NCBI RefSeq assembly: GCF_002571385.2
Contig: NW_019217914.1
Span: forward strand, 447,597 to 511,596
Origin: Stylophora pistillata
Lineage: Eukaryota
Length of the DNA stretch: 64,000 nucleotides
Direction: 5' to 3'
This document shows positions 1 to 12,304 of the stretch, piece after piece. The stretch's first letter is position 1. Every line of letters begins with the position of its first letter. A model generated the notes under the pieces. It was given only the letters and a program-made list of their open reading frames with translations, had not been told where the DNA came from and did no database searches. Made by a program: the position numbers and the translations under genes.

Positions 1-933
1 AGTCCAGTCCAGTCGTCGGTTTTTTTCACGGGAAAAATTTTGTTTGGGTTTATTACCGTGACCACAAAATCCGAGAAAATGAAATCTATGGTTTTTTTTT
101 TCTTCATAAGGGTTTGCACAGTCATGACAGAGAAACATTCGCAAATTAGCACTTTTGCGGGTGGAATGACATAGTGGCAGGTGGTGTACAATTAAAAATT
201 CATAATTAAGGTTATGAATAATTTTACGATGCGAGCGATTCTAAATGAAAAACAGCACAGTCAAATTTTCGTCAAAATGAAAGGTTCTAGACATTTCATG
301 CTGTTTGTTTATTTTGGAACGGTTTTTCACTTAACTCCATTGTATTTTCCATTGTGTGTGGGAAACTTGACTCCCAATTGAAAATGTCTATTCCTCTCAG
401 ACTGGTTTTTTTCAAATTTGTTAATTTTAAGTACAAGTTCTGAGAATTAACGGAGAATTTCAGAGACTTATCATGGACATGAAATTAAAATAAATTTTAT
501 GTTTATAAAATAGCCGAGAAACCGACCCGTTTTGTTTCGTATTTAGTACGTGCGAAGAAACTATATAAATACTTCATAATTCTTAAGATGGGCGAGTATT
601 GACAGAAACAAGCTGCTATCATGATCTTTGGTGGATAAATCATCCGGCCATGATGTTACAGATTAGTGTGAAACGATAATACCGTGAGCACAATTATTTT
701 TACGCACTGTTTGCGTATACAGAAAAACCGGGATGTCCACTTTAAAACCATCAGGAAATGATTTCTTAACCCTTTAGATCCAGATGATGCCATTGGCTCA
801 CGTCAAGAGCTTATAAACATTCTCTTGCTTACGTTTAAGAATAATTTTTTAACCTGGAAATGTCGGTCAATGCTATTCTTGGCTACTCCTCAATTTTAAA
901 TATGCCGAACTGATCGACCAAATTGAAAGCTAA

Positions 934-1302
934 TAGGGACCTTAAGCAGTCAGGACGGCAACGCCAAGGAAGACTCCGATTAAAAAATGAATTTCTACTC
1001 TTAGTTAGAATTTCAAACATAGCTGCAGGAGCTTACTGTCTCATATGGCGCCACGGCTCAACTTCAGCATGACGTATAAAAGTAGCGTTGAGCTCTAAAT
1101 GGAAATTATAATAATTTGCCGCCACGGTTTCGGTTCTCAGACGACGTAAATTTTGGCGATTTCAGGTTGTTGTTTTGCATAGGACGGCTAAAAAATGTAC
1201 AAAGTTTCAAAACGCACGTGCTGAGCTATTGTTCTGCCAATCAGATCTCTTGTTTTTCCACGTCCTCGTTGCTGTCGCCGTCGTGTTTGCTTTAGGTCCC
1301 TA
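934..1302. mobile_element. MITE (non-autonomous DNA transposon)
   Basis: Terminal inverted repeats tagggaccttaagca / tgctttaggtcccta in a TAATA context; no ORF. Confidence 0.7.
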
Positions 1303-1504
1303 ATATATTAAAAAATTCGATTCACCTGTAACATCTCGGAAACAAAGAATTTACACAGCTGAACTTTCGAAATCGTGTGTGAAGAAAAGGCATTCTTTAA
1401 CAATCACTTCGCTTGTTGAAAGCCATTGTGAATCGTAGAAAAAGCATTTAAAGCCAGTGGGAATGTTAAATGACATTTGGAGGGTTTTTCCTCTCTGATA
1501 AGCG

Positions 1505-2542
1505 ATGAGTTCCGGAAATAGTGAAACTAATTTTACCATCGACGAAAGAATTGTCGACGGCGTTGCCTCTGAAAACATCGTTTTCGCAACGATTTACTCA
1601 ATCATTGTGTTTTTTGGTGTGATTGGCAACGGTGTTGTGATCGCCATCGTGTGTAAAACGCGATCCATGCATACAACAACAAACTATTTGCTGGTGAACT
1701 TAGCCCTGGCCGATTTACTGTCACTGTTGTTCTGTCCGGGCTTTTATGATTTCTCTTTACATAACGTAAGACTGAGTCAAACCACTGGGGATTTCATTTG
1801 CAAGGTGTTTGCAGGAAATGCTGTGCTCTCTGTCACTGTTCTAGAGTCTATTTTCACATTGACGGTCATAGCTGTGGAAAGGTACTTTTCTCTCGTGAAA
1901 CCATTTAACACAAATGCAAGACTTGGTAAAGGAAACGTCCGTCATGCAATTGTCGCAACGTGGGTATCAGCGTTGCTACTATGTTTACCAGGATTTTTAT
2001 CGAACGACTACGATCCAGAGGCTAGAGCATATCCTTGTAATCGACCATGGACTCTCGATCGACTCACGCCGTATAAAAGGACGTATATAATTGTATTTTG
2101 CAGTCTGTTTATTGTGATGCCCACAGTTGTGATTCTGTTTTGTTACTGCTCTGTTTTCTATGGAATACACTTTAAGAGAAACATCTGTTGTGAAAACTCC
2201 GCTGAAAGTGGAGAAGCGGAAAAATCCAAGAAACACCTTTTAAAGTTACTTGTCTCTCTCGCTGTAGCTTTTGCTGTTTGTTGCATTCCGTTTGCAGTGT
2301 TCTTTATTTACGTCTCCCTTATCTCAAAGAGTACACTGAAACAAAATTACTACTCTCTTCACCTTGTACACCGAGTGGTTCGCTTTTTTCTTATTCTCAA
2401 CTCTTTTATCAATCCTGTCCTTTACGCAGCGCAAAGTTCTAACTACAGACAAGGACTGAGGAGAATTAGCCGACGCTTTTTAAAAACACGTTCAAACAGA
2501 ATGGCAGAAAATAATCAAGAACATTTAGAACTCGGCGAATAG
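1505..2542 (+). CDS. Intronless rhodopsin-family (class A) GPCR, 345 aa, orphan peptide-receptor-like
   Basis: 7 hydrophobic segments; GN in TM1, NLALAD in TM2, ERY in TM3, W in TM4, ECL2 Cys, NPVLY in TM7. Confidence 0.93.
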   Translation: MSSGNSETNFTIDERIVDGVASENIVFATIYSIIVFFGVIGNGVVIAIVCKTRSMHTTTNYLLVNLALADLLSLLFCPGFYDFSLHNVRLSQTTGDFICKVFAGNAVLSVTVLESIFTLTVIAVERYFSLVKPFNTNARLGKGNVRHAIVATWVSALLLCLPGFLSNDYDPEARAYPCNRPWTLDRLTPYKRTYIIVFCSLFIVMPTVVILFCYCSVFYGIHFKRNICCENSAESGEAEKSKKHLLKLLVSLAVAFAVCCIPFAVFFIYVSLISKSTLKQNYYSLHLVHRVVRFFLILNSFINPVLYAAQSSNYRQGLRRISRRFLKTRSNRMAENNQEHLELGE

Positions 2543-3953
2543 CAGAAATTTCTTGCACTTGTAGAAGTAACCTGAGTTTAGAGTTTTTTTGTTAAATTTA
2601 TGCTGCTTTAGTAGTAAAAACCATCGCAAAGATATGGAAGCTCAATATTGCTATCTTTCGCACCCAATTTCTTCAATTAACATTGATAAAGACGATGAAA
2701 TCTGAGGATATGCATTGGTGAAGGGAACAAGGAAGATCAATTTTTCCCTCTCGAGGAAGTTGTTCGAAAATACACAAATGTGAAAGCTGATTTTCCTTTC
2801 ATCTCAACGTCATTGTGATAGTCATGGCAACTAAATGAACTCGAGATTGCTCAAATGACTCTTTATTTGGCTTATGAGAACAAGGAAATTATACATAGAA
2901 GATTCAAATTTATCAATCGATTATTCACTCAAGGGTAAGTGCAAGTGACGCTGTGGACTTGCAGGTGAATTTTCCAGAATATGGTGATTGGCAGGTGAAT
3001 ATTCAGTACGCACTAAGGCCTTCAGACTCAGAGGTTTGACAGAATATTTGACGACCTCCGCCCGGCGATATTAGATTACAGTCTATCTAAGTCGACTGTG
3101 GATGATGTTAAGACGATTCTCGAGTGAAAATGTAAACTACTTTGTTTTTTATTTATTTATTTATTTTTTTTTAGCAGATAACACTTCAGAACTGAATCAT
3201 GAATATTCCGATGGCATATTTTGGAGCACTTTATGCTTTCCGCAGCGTTAGCGCCAAGCATACCTGGCGCCTTTAATCCCATTCGGATCGGCAGCGTGTT
3301 TTTGAAATGATTAATGATGATTAATGATTGCAACGACCTTTGTGCGAAAATTGAAGCGATTTGTAATGTTATTAGACAGTAGGCATGATTGGTTTCAATC
3401 TATCTGGAGCACCTATTCTATTCAGATATTCGTGGTGTCAGATTCCGTTTAGAAAAGCGTGTTTATTTAATATTTTTAAGGTTCAGCTATTGTTTAAAAT
3501 CATAAATCCAACGTTACCTTTAAATTTTCTTAAAATTGGTATGGTGAACCGCACTAAAGAATTTCTTTTACATGAGCAGGAGTGGAAGAAGTTAGAAGGA
3601 GAGAGATAAGAAATTTGCGACACGATAAATCTGAAGCAATCATGTGCTGCTTTCGACATTCATTTCAAAGTGAATATGAGATTGCAACAATACTGTCTAT
3701 TCACATGGAAGCATCCTGCAGAAGTGTTTTGTTCAGGAAAGGCAAAAGAAGACTANNNNNNNNNNNNNNNNNNNNNNNNNNNNNNNNNNNNNNNNNNNNN
3801 NNNNNNNNNNNNNNNNNNNNNNNNNNNNNNNNNNNNNNNNNNNNNNNNNNNNNNNNNNNNNNNNNNNNNNNNNNNNNNNNNNNNNNNNNNNNNNNNNNNN
3901 NNNNNNNNNNNNNNNNNNNNNNNNNNNNNNNNNNNNTTCCTCTCTGATAAGCG

Positions 3954-4991
3954 ATGAGTTCCGGAAATAGTGAAACTAATTTTACCATCGACGGAAGAAT
4001 TGTCGACGGCGTTGCCTCTGAAAACATCGTTTTCGCAACGATTTACTCAATCATTGTGTTTTTTGGTGTGATTGGCAACGGTGTTGTGATCGCCATCGTG
4101 TGTAAAACGCGATCCATGCATACAACAACAAACTATTTGCTGGTGAACTTAGCCCTGGCCGATTTACTGTCACTGTTGTTCTGTCCGGGCTTTTATGATT
4201 TCTCTTTACATAACGTAAGACTGAGTCAAACCACTGGGGATTTCATTTGCAAGGTGTTTGCAGGAAATGCTGTGCTCTCTGTCACTGTTCTAGAGTCTAT
4301 TTTCACATTGACGGTCATAGCTGTGGAAAGGTACTTTTCTCTCGTGAAACCATTTAACACAAATGCAAGACTTGGTAAAGGAAACGTCCGTCATGCAATT
4401 GTCGCAACGTGGGTATCAGCGTTGCTACTATGTTTACCAGGATTTTTATCCAACGACTACGATCCAGAGGCTAGAGCATATCCTTGTAATCGACCATGGA
4501 CTCTCGATCGACTCACGCCGTTTAAAAGGACGTATATAATTGTATTTTGCAGTCTGTTTATTGTGATGCCCACAGTTGTGATTCTGTTTTGTTACTGCTC
4601 TGTTTTCTATGGAATACACTTTAAGAAAAACATCTGTTGTGAAAACTCCGCTGAAAGTGGGGAAGCGGAAAAATCCAAGAAACACCTTTTAAAGTTACTC
4701 GTCTCTCTCGCTGTAGCTTTTGCTGTTTGTTGCATACCGTTTGCAGTGTTCTTTATTTACGTCTCCCTTATCTCAAAGAGTACACTTAAACAAAATAACG
4801 ACTCTCTTCACCTTGTACACCGAGTGGTTCGCTTTTTTCTTATTCTCAACTCTTTTATCAATCCTCTCCTTTACGCAGCGCAAAGTTCTAACTACAGACA
4901 AGGACTGAGGAGAATTAGCCGACGCTTTTTAAAAACACGTTCAAACAGAGTGGCAGAAAATAATCAAGAACATTTAGAACTCGGCGAATAG
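3954..4991 (+). CDS. Intronless class A GPCR, near-identical copy of 1505..2542 (7 aa differences)
   Basis: Same motifs. The duplicated block 3938-5647 matches about 1487-3197 and is bounded by N gaps. Confidence 0.85.
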   Translation: MSSGNSETNFTIDGRIVDGVASENIVFATIYSIIVFFGVIGNGVVIAIVCKTRSMHTTTNYLLVNLALADLLSLLFCPGFYDFSLHNVRLSQTTGDFICKVFAGNAVLSVTVLESIFTLTVIAVERYFSLVKPFNTNARLGKGNVRHAIVATWVSALLLCLPGFLSNDYDPEARAYPCNRPWTLDRLTPFKRTYIIVFCSLFIVMPTVVILFCYCSVFYGIHFKKNICCENSAESGEAEKSKKHLLKLLVSLAVAFAVCCIPFAVFFIYVSLISKSTLKQNNDSLHLVHRVVRFFLILNSFINPLLYAAQSSNYRQGLRRISRRFLKTRSNRVAENNQEHLELGE

Positions 4992-5884
4992 AGGAAATTT
5001 CTTGCACTCGTAGAAGTAACCTGAGTTTAGAGTTTTTTGGTAAATTCATGCTGCTTTAGTAGTAAAAACCATCGCAAAGATATGGAAGCTCAATATTGCT
5101 ATCTTTCGCACCCAATTTCTTCAATTAACATTGATAAAGACGATGAAATCTGAGGATATGCATTGGTGAAGGGAACAAGGAAAATCAATTTTTCCCTCTC
5201 GAGGAAGTTGTTCGAAAATACACAAATGTGAAAGCTGATTTTCCTTTCATCTCAACGACATTGTGATAGTCATGGCAACTAAATGAACTCGAGATTGCTC
5301 AAATGACACTTTATTTGGCTTATGAGAACAAGGAAATTATATATAGAAGATTCAAATCTATCAATCGATTATTCACTCAAGGGTAAGTGCAAGTGACGCT
5401 GTGGATTTGCAGGTGAATTTTCCAGAATATGGTGATTGGCAGGTGAATATTCAGTACGCACTGAGGCCTTTAGACTCAGAGGTTTGACAGAATATTTGAC
5501 GACCTCCGCCCGGCGATATTAGATTGCAGTCTATCTAAGTCGACTGTGGATGATCTAAAGACGATTCTCGAGTGAAAATGTAAACTACTTTGTTTTTTAT
5601 TTATTTATTTATTTATTTTTTTAGTAGATAACACTTCAGAACTGAATNAAGCAATCATGTGCTGCTTTCGACATTCATTTCAAAGTGAATATGAGATTGC
5701 AACAATACTGTCTATTCACATGGAAGCATCCTGCAGAAGTGTTTTGTTCAGGAAAGGCAAAAAAAGACTACTTACAGGTTCCAATGTGACAACTCAGTTC
5801 AGCCCAATGTTTGGCAGAAAAATGACAAATCATCCTCTTTCGCTTCGTACCAAGAAGTTTGTTTTTCAAGTCAAGTTTCGATTA

Positions 5885-6059
5885 ATAGCCCATTTCCGAA
5901 TTACCCTTGGCCTCATTTTCAAAACGAGTCGTGGTACCCATCCTTTCATATGATAATAAGTTTTCATTTACATGCAAATTAAACTCATTTTCAGAAGAAT
6001 AGTTGAGCACCAGGCCTCGTTTTGAAAAAGAGGCCAAGGGTAATTCGGAAATGGGCTAT
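5885..6059. mobile_element. MITE
   Basis: About 30-bp TIR: atagcccatttccgaattacccttggcctc / gaggccaagggtaattcggaaatgggctat. Confidence 0.8.
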
Positions 6060-7633
6060 CGAGTTTGGAACTAATTCAAAATTGATCTTTTTTACCCCTT
6101 TGCTGTGCCTTGCTACTGGCTTTCGAAACTGCCATTCCCTTACCAACACACTTCATTCAGTGGAAGATTTAATATCAAACCAAATTTGAATTAAAGCACG
6201 TACAAATGCGTGGCTTTTAAAATTTTAAAGATCAGAAGAACAAATATAAAAGTAATTAAAATTAAAAGTAGAAATAAAGCGAAAAAGTAATAGCAACCTT
6301 AACGTATATTTCAGAAGCTTTTAGGATCGTAAGTATGAAATTGTTTTTGTTTCAGTCTTATTCCCCGAGATAATTTGCATTTAAAAACCAAATTGCAAGA
6401 CCAAAACTAAGAGCGAATTCGTCATTACTCATTCTTCATTTTCTAAGCTCAAAGCCCAGTCACGAACACTCAGTTTTAGTTTTCATTGCTCACTTTTGGT
6501 ACCACCCTTATCCTGATAGGCTAATATATATTTTCCGTGGTTTCACGATACCTCTTCTAAATAGTGGTATCTTTTAATCCACAGAAATAAGAACCATTCG
6601 CAGATCATCTTTAGGATAATTGGCTTCGTAATACCCACTGCGGGTCGATACCTATAAAGAGGCGCAAACTTAGCGGGAGTCGAGCGAAGTCATCAGGTGG
6701 AAAAAGTAAAACGTTGGTGCTATTTTTGCCTGCACATCGAATAAAAGAAAGCGGAATGACTGCCACACATAAAAGCGATCAATAGGAGACGGCCCCCATA
6801 GGGAAATTTAGCTCGAAAGCTTATAGAAAGCAAAATCATCTTGGAGATTTAGTTATCTCTGTGATCGCAGATTAACATTGATAACATAAGATGAGATAAA
6901 TTCAAGTCAGTAGTGTTAAGAATGATAACATTCTACAGTTAGCAAAGATTAGCGATTGTTGACCTGTCGACGAAAGCCAAACAATCCGTAGTTATATATA
7001 TTAGTTGTTAGAATTTAGAAAGCATCCAAAATTTCCGAGAATCTTCATCGGTATTGAATCTCTTCCAATGGACGATTGTGCGTCTCCATAAATTGTCAAT
7101 AGGTTGATGACCAACTCTTCAGCAATCTTACGACTGGCAGTTTAATTCACTAAAACTTGACAAATCGACGGTGGTTTGACGTGGTCTGTACTCATGTTGA
7201 CAACGATATTCTATCATCACAATGGTCAAAATGTTGTGGATTCGCGAAGCGAAGCCGACTGGGTCCGCAGACTACGATTAACCACTTTCGATTTATTTTT
7301 TTATCACAATATCGAAGTCAAAAAACAAAAAAAAAAAAACTGATTCTTTCAGTAAGTGACACGTCGCGTGATACTTTGACGCGAGCAGCGTTGTCTGTAC
7401 TCTTATCGACAACGGAAAACTGGCCAATCAGATTGCGACATTACTGCCAATTGCGGTAAAAATTATCATTTATATAGGTGATATTCTATTTTGGGTCTGA
7501 TTGTAATCTCTTTGAATGTTTCTGGCGATTAGCGTCAAGGGTTTTTGAGAACACAGTCTTCTATTTCGTGATAATCCTACAAAAAAAAAAAAATCAAATT
7601 TAACCATTTTGTTCTCACTTGTCAGAGGTATAT

Positions 7634-7739
7634 CCAGGGGGTTAGTGCTCTGACGAAGGGCTGACACTCAAGATGTCAGCTTTTTAACTCTTTAAGGTGG
7701 CCAATTTACAATTTCAGTTTAGTTGATAAAACCAAATTA
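7634..7739 (+). mobile_element. Short Penelope-like 3' fragment with a degenerate hammerhead motif
   Basis: ctctgacgaagggctgacactcaagatgtcagc...ggtggccaatttac resembles 36528-36592; direct repeat cagaggtatat at 7623 and 7740 (TSD). Confidence 0.65.
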
Positions 7740-8124
7740 CAGAGGTATATTCAGTTCGCTTCAAAAACATCAGGCGTATACTTGCGACTGAGTTCAAAAT
7801 GAACCATATTCTTCACTATCCTCATAGAATGCCTTTGACCGATTGTTGATCTTAAGAATAAGAAGGTCCCTTTTCACATGTGGGCTTAGTCTATGACTCA
7901 ACACACCCTAAACAGGTTACAGTTTATAAGTTACAGTTTATTCATCTTCCAGAACCTTTAATTATGAAGTCGAAACGGTTCGGCGAATAGGTTTCGAATC
8001 GCCTTCGGATTCCGTTTTCCTTCTCCGTCTTTCTTTCTGTTCGTCAAGCAAGAATAAAGATGTTTTCTACGAAACACGCTCGTGACAAATGTGTCACTGA
8101 CCTTTCTTTATTGTTACAATTGTT

Positions 8125-9162
8125 TCACACGGCTGTTTCGTAATATATTCTATGTTTCTCCTCTCTGGCTCTGACTGCAGCATCGTTTTCTGTGTTACGT
8201 GCGTTGTTTTTGGGGCAAAGTTTCTGAAACAGAACTTCTCTGTAGTTTTTGCTTTGAGCAGCGTAAAGAAGGGGGTTTACGAATGAGTTGGAAAATGTCA
8301 AAAAACGAACGATTCTGTGTGTCAGATACAACGTTTTAAAACTTTGCTCTAAATGGTTTGGGGCGAGTGCAGTGACATAGAAAAAGAAAACCGCAAATGG
8401 CAGACAGAGTGTGCAAAATGCCAAAGCTAACGAGATAAGAAGCTTTAAGAGTCTTTCCATGTTCCGTTTGCTAGCGGGATCTTCATCCGGTTTACCTGCG
8501 CTTGATTTGAGCGCTGCGGAACTCGAAATATAGCAAAAACAAAGCAAGACTGAAGGCAGAACGATTAAAGCGACAGAATGACCAAGGATGTAAGCTTTGA
8601 CGTTCAATTTCTGGTGCGTAACTGTCCAGGGACGCGTGCATGGATACCGCCATGGCGACAGAACGTCTTCGTTATTTTCCTTCGTCCACAGTATATCGGG
8701 AAGGCTTGAAAAAGCAGCTGTCACCCAAATAACCACAATAATAAAGTTCACTTTCTTTTTCGTCATCACCCAACGTTTGTGAAAAGGTTTAACAATACCG
8801 AGGTAGCGCTCCACCGCAATGGTACACAGAGTCAACACAGAGGCATCGAAAGAGACACAAACGATTGCATTTCCTGCAATAAACTTGCAAAAGATGTCAT
8901 CCAATCTGTCAGAGCCCAATCGAAGATTGTGTAATGCAAAGTCGTAGAAACCCGGACAAAATAATAACGTTAGGAAATCGGCTACAGCCAAGTTCATCAA
9001 CAGGTAGTTTGTTGTTGTGTGCATGGTTCGCGTTTTCCGTACAATAGATACGATCATGCCATTCGTTATGACGCCAAAAAACACAATAAACGAGTACAAC
9101 GTTGCAAAAACGATGTCATGAGTAGTAATGAGTAGAGAGGCGTTGATGTTGCTTTCGTTCAT
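8125..9162 (-). CDS. Intronless class A GPCR, 345 aa, same subfamily
   Basis: NLAVAD, ERY, YPCTRPW, NPLLY. Confidence 0.92.
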   Translation of the reverse strand: MNESNINASLLITTHDIVFATLYSFIVFFGVITNGMIVSIVRKTRTMHTTTNYLLMNLAVADFLTLLFCPGFYDFALHNLRLGSDRLDDIFCKFIAGNAIVCVSFDASVLTLCTIAVERYLGIVKPFHKRWVMTKKKVNFIIVVIWVTAAFSSLPDILWTKENNEDVLSPWRYPCTRPWTVTHQKLNVKAYILGHSVALIVLPSVLLCFCYISSSAALKSSAGKPDEDPASKRNMERLLKLLISLALAFCTLCLPFAVFFFYVTALAPNHLEQSFKTLYLTHRIVRFLTFSNSFVNPLLYAAQSKNYREVLFQKLCPKNNARNTENDAAVRAREEKHRIYYETAV

Positions 9163-11149
9163 TCTGAAAATAAAACCTGCGTTAGCTTCCTCTGATCAAT
9201 TATCAGTCTTAATTAAACCATTGGAAATTTCATCCAGCATGCACGGGTTTTAAATGTTTTTTAGTCATACCTTGCGTTTAGTTCACCGCAAAACCGATAT
9301 CATGCGGATTCTTTAACAATTCCTGCAGCAGCATTTGAAATGAATTGTGGTAAGGAAGAGGTTGCCAACAAGTGAGTCGGAAAGTCTCTCGAACTCTTGA
9401 TTATAAGAATACAGAATAGCGTGGTAGTTGTGCATTTTAATTTGTCTGGATGTCATTTATTCCATTCTTACACTTCCCCAGTCTTATTGGCTTTAAATTC
9501 CCACCGAATAATTGAGCAATATGTTTTGACATGTAAGAGTCTCAGTATGACGATGGTTTTTACGATTAATGGCTAAAATTTTGGCCATTTTACGGCTTAC
9601 GGTTAATTTCTTTCCATTGTTTTTAAAAAGGAGAATTTTAAGGGTAAAACGGCTAATTTTTTTTTGCAGTTAAATAATTATCAGTTAACCCCGCGGAGAC
9701 CCTCATATTTAAGAAAAGATGATTGCTCACCATAGCACCGGTAAATCGCGATAAAAGTTCTCAAGAGTCATCGCAATATATCATTATTCGACACGTTCTT
9801 TATCTTTTAGAACGATTTCTAGTGAATAAACCACTAGCTGACAAACGGCTTTTTTTCGGCACAGAGTTAAGTCGCTAGCTATACTAATTTTAATTAGGAT
9901 AAAAAATGATTATTTTTATTCACATTAAAAATGGCATAATTTACTGGGAGCAAAGGTGTTGCAGATCGGCTTACACTGCGAATATTCCATGAATTTTTAT
10001 CTCATACTGAAGAATTAGTCACTGATTCTTTTGTCATTTTTTCTACTTTTTAAACTTTGGGTAGTCCCAATAGATGTGAAGTTACTTTATTTCACTTCTC
10101 TTCACAGAGACTGACAGCAAGATGTTTATCTGGATGACGTGTATCCTAGAGGTTTATTGGGCAACCAGCTCTAACCTTTCTTTTTAGCACGACATAAGAC
10201 GGTGCAGTAGTAGAGGATGAGGTGGAAAAACTAGGGAGATTTGGGTCGGGTTGTGTATTTATTCTCTTCCTTGGGCAATCCGATCACGATCTTTTAGCAA
10301 GACCATGTCAGTGCTGATAAAAGTATAGTTATGGCGAGGAAAATAGCGAAGTGGGAAAATTATTTTAACTGTCATGTTTAATAAGGGGTAGAGAAATTTT
10401 GTGTTCTGATCAGTATATTAGTCGAACGAATCAGGCGAGAAATGCGCTTCAGACAGTCCCGTAACAGGATTTTGTAATATCTTTGAAACACCAGCGGACC
10501 TATATTAGGCAAAACACGTAAAATGCACGAAACTTCATTGTATTCCCAAAGCAGTAAATTATCGTTCCTATCCTGCGCAATTTTTTTTTCAGGCTAGATC
10601 GACATAAATGTGGGGACTTTTGGCACCAATTCGCCAAATTTTACCGCTTCAATCCACTTTTGCGCCTTTTGCTGGGGACAATTCTGCAAAATTCACGATC
10701 TTGAGAAATTCATGATAGCATTTCTGGGACCCTGCTATTTTATTTATTACACCCATTAGAAGGCTGGTCAAATGCGTCACGATTTACACTCATCTGTGAA
10801 CAGTTTGATAACAGTCTACTTAATTCTTGCTTTGCCTTGTTACAACAGCAAACTGATGATGTGAAAATTGATTTGAATATCTTCATATTTAACTGTTAAA
10901 AATCATTCGTGATTAACAACTTAGTTAGTAAAATAAAATGCCCTTCTCCGATATCACTGTGTAAATTGGTATTCATGAGGCAGCGCAGTAATGATCGTAT
11001 AGAGGGGAATAATTAGGTAACATATTTTGCCTTATTTACCCAAATGTTCAGCTATGATAATTGTCAAGAATTGAAACTGGTGAGTAGATGCAAATTCCCG
11101 GAGGTGACCACGAACCGGGGGGAAAAGCGTCACAGAAGCTTGACTTTGG

Positions 11150-12304
11150 TTACTTAATCACCAGAGTTTCGATTGTAATTTTCCCGAAGAATAATTGTTC
11201 TCTTTCACTCAACTTGACATTTATTACGAAATGTTCTTTGCTGTGTAATGTTGCCAGTGTGCTCCTCGATGCTGTACACCAATTAGTAAGGCCTTGTGTA
11301 GAATTTGTTACCAAAGAATTGCGGCAAATCAACCTGGAGCTAAAATCAATTTACATCCATCACGATAGTTCGAGGTTTGTAGCGTATACAAAATAGGATT
11401 TAGGAAAGAATTAGAAAAAAGTAGAAAGAGTGATGCTTTGTGAATCCAATTCAATGTGCTGCAGTTTTTTTGGACCGTTTCATTATCCAAGGAAATAAGT
11501 AAGAGGAAATATATATGAAATGGCAGTGAACAGAAGGAAAAGGCAACAGCCAGCCAGATCAGAGGTCGACTGAGCTAGCTGCTTCTTTGTTTTTCTGTCT
11601 GCTTCTGTGTCCGATGACTTAGAGCAAATTGTGTTCGTAAAGTACAATCCACGGATGATTTCAAAGTAACAGATAAACATTATCATAGAACTAACAAAGC
11701 CAAAACAAACAACACTGAATGTAATGAAGGACTTGTGAAGGAAATACTCGTCTAAACTCCGAGGGCGTTTGCACGGATACGTGGAAGACGAGATGTTGTA
11801 TGTATTGGCTTGAATATATGGGATACAGGATAGCCGGGCAAGCAACCACAGCACGGAACTCATATATTTTACTTGATCTTGATACATCCTCGAGTTGACT
11901 TTAAAAGGCTTTAGAAGAGCCAAATACCGCTACACAGCAATCGTACAGACATTTAGGACGGCGACATTGATGGTGATTGGAACAACAGCATTTCCCACAA
12001 ACAACTTGCGGATCAAATCCCCCGTAATCCCTTTCAGCTGCAGGTTGACGTTAGATAAAGCAAAGTCGTACTGCACATCCCAGGACACAGAATGAAAGTC
12101 AGGAGATCAGCCACAGCTAATTTCAAGAGAAGATAGTTTGTTGATGTGTGCATTGAAAGCGTTCTTCGCACTATGGTTATCACGATAGCATCACTGACAA
12201 CACCGAAAACAGCAATGAATGTGTAAAAAGTCGCTAAAAGAACGTCTTGTGCTGTGCCGGGTGCCAGCTGATGATTGTTGGTCCTTTTTGTTGTTACCTC
12301 CCAT
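11150..12304 (-). pseudogene. GPCR pseudogene, closest to 19303..20364
   Basis: Fragments in different frames (MHTSTNYLLLKLAVADLL; IQANTYNISSSTYPCKRPRSLDEYFLHK; NSFLNPILYTLQ) separated by frameshifts and stops. Confidence 0.85.

Noticed and set aside
3582-4027. ORFs spanning the N run (also 38199..38978)
   Set aside because: Artefacts of assembly gaps
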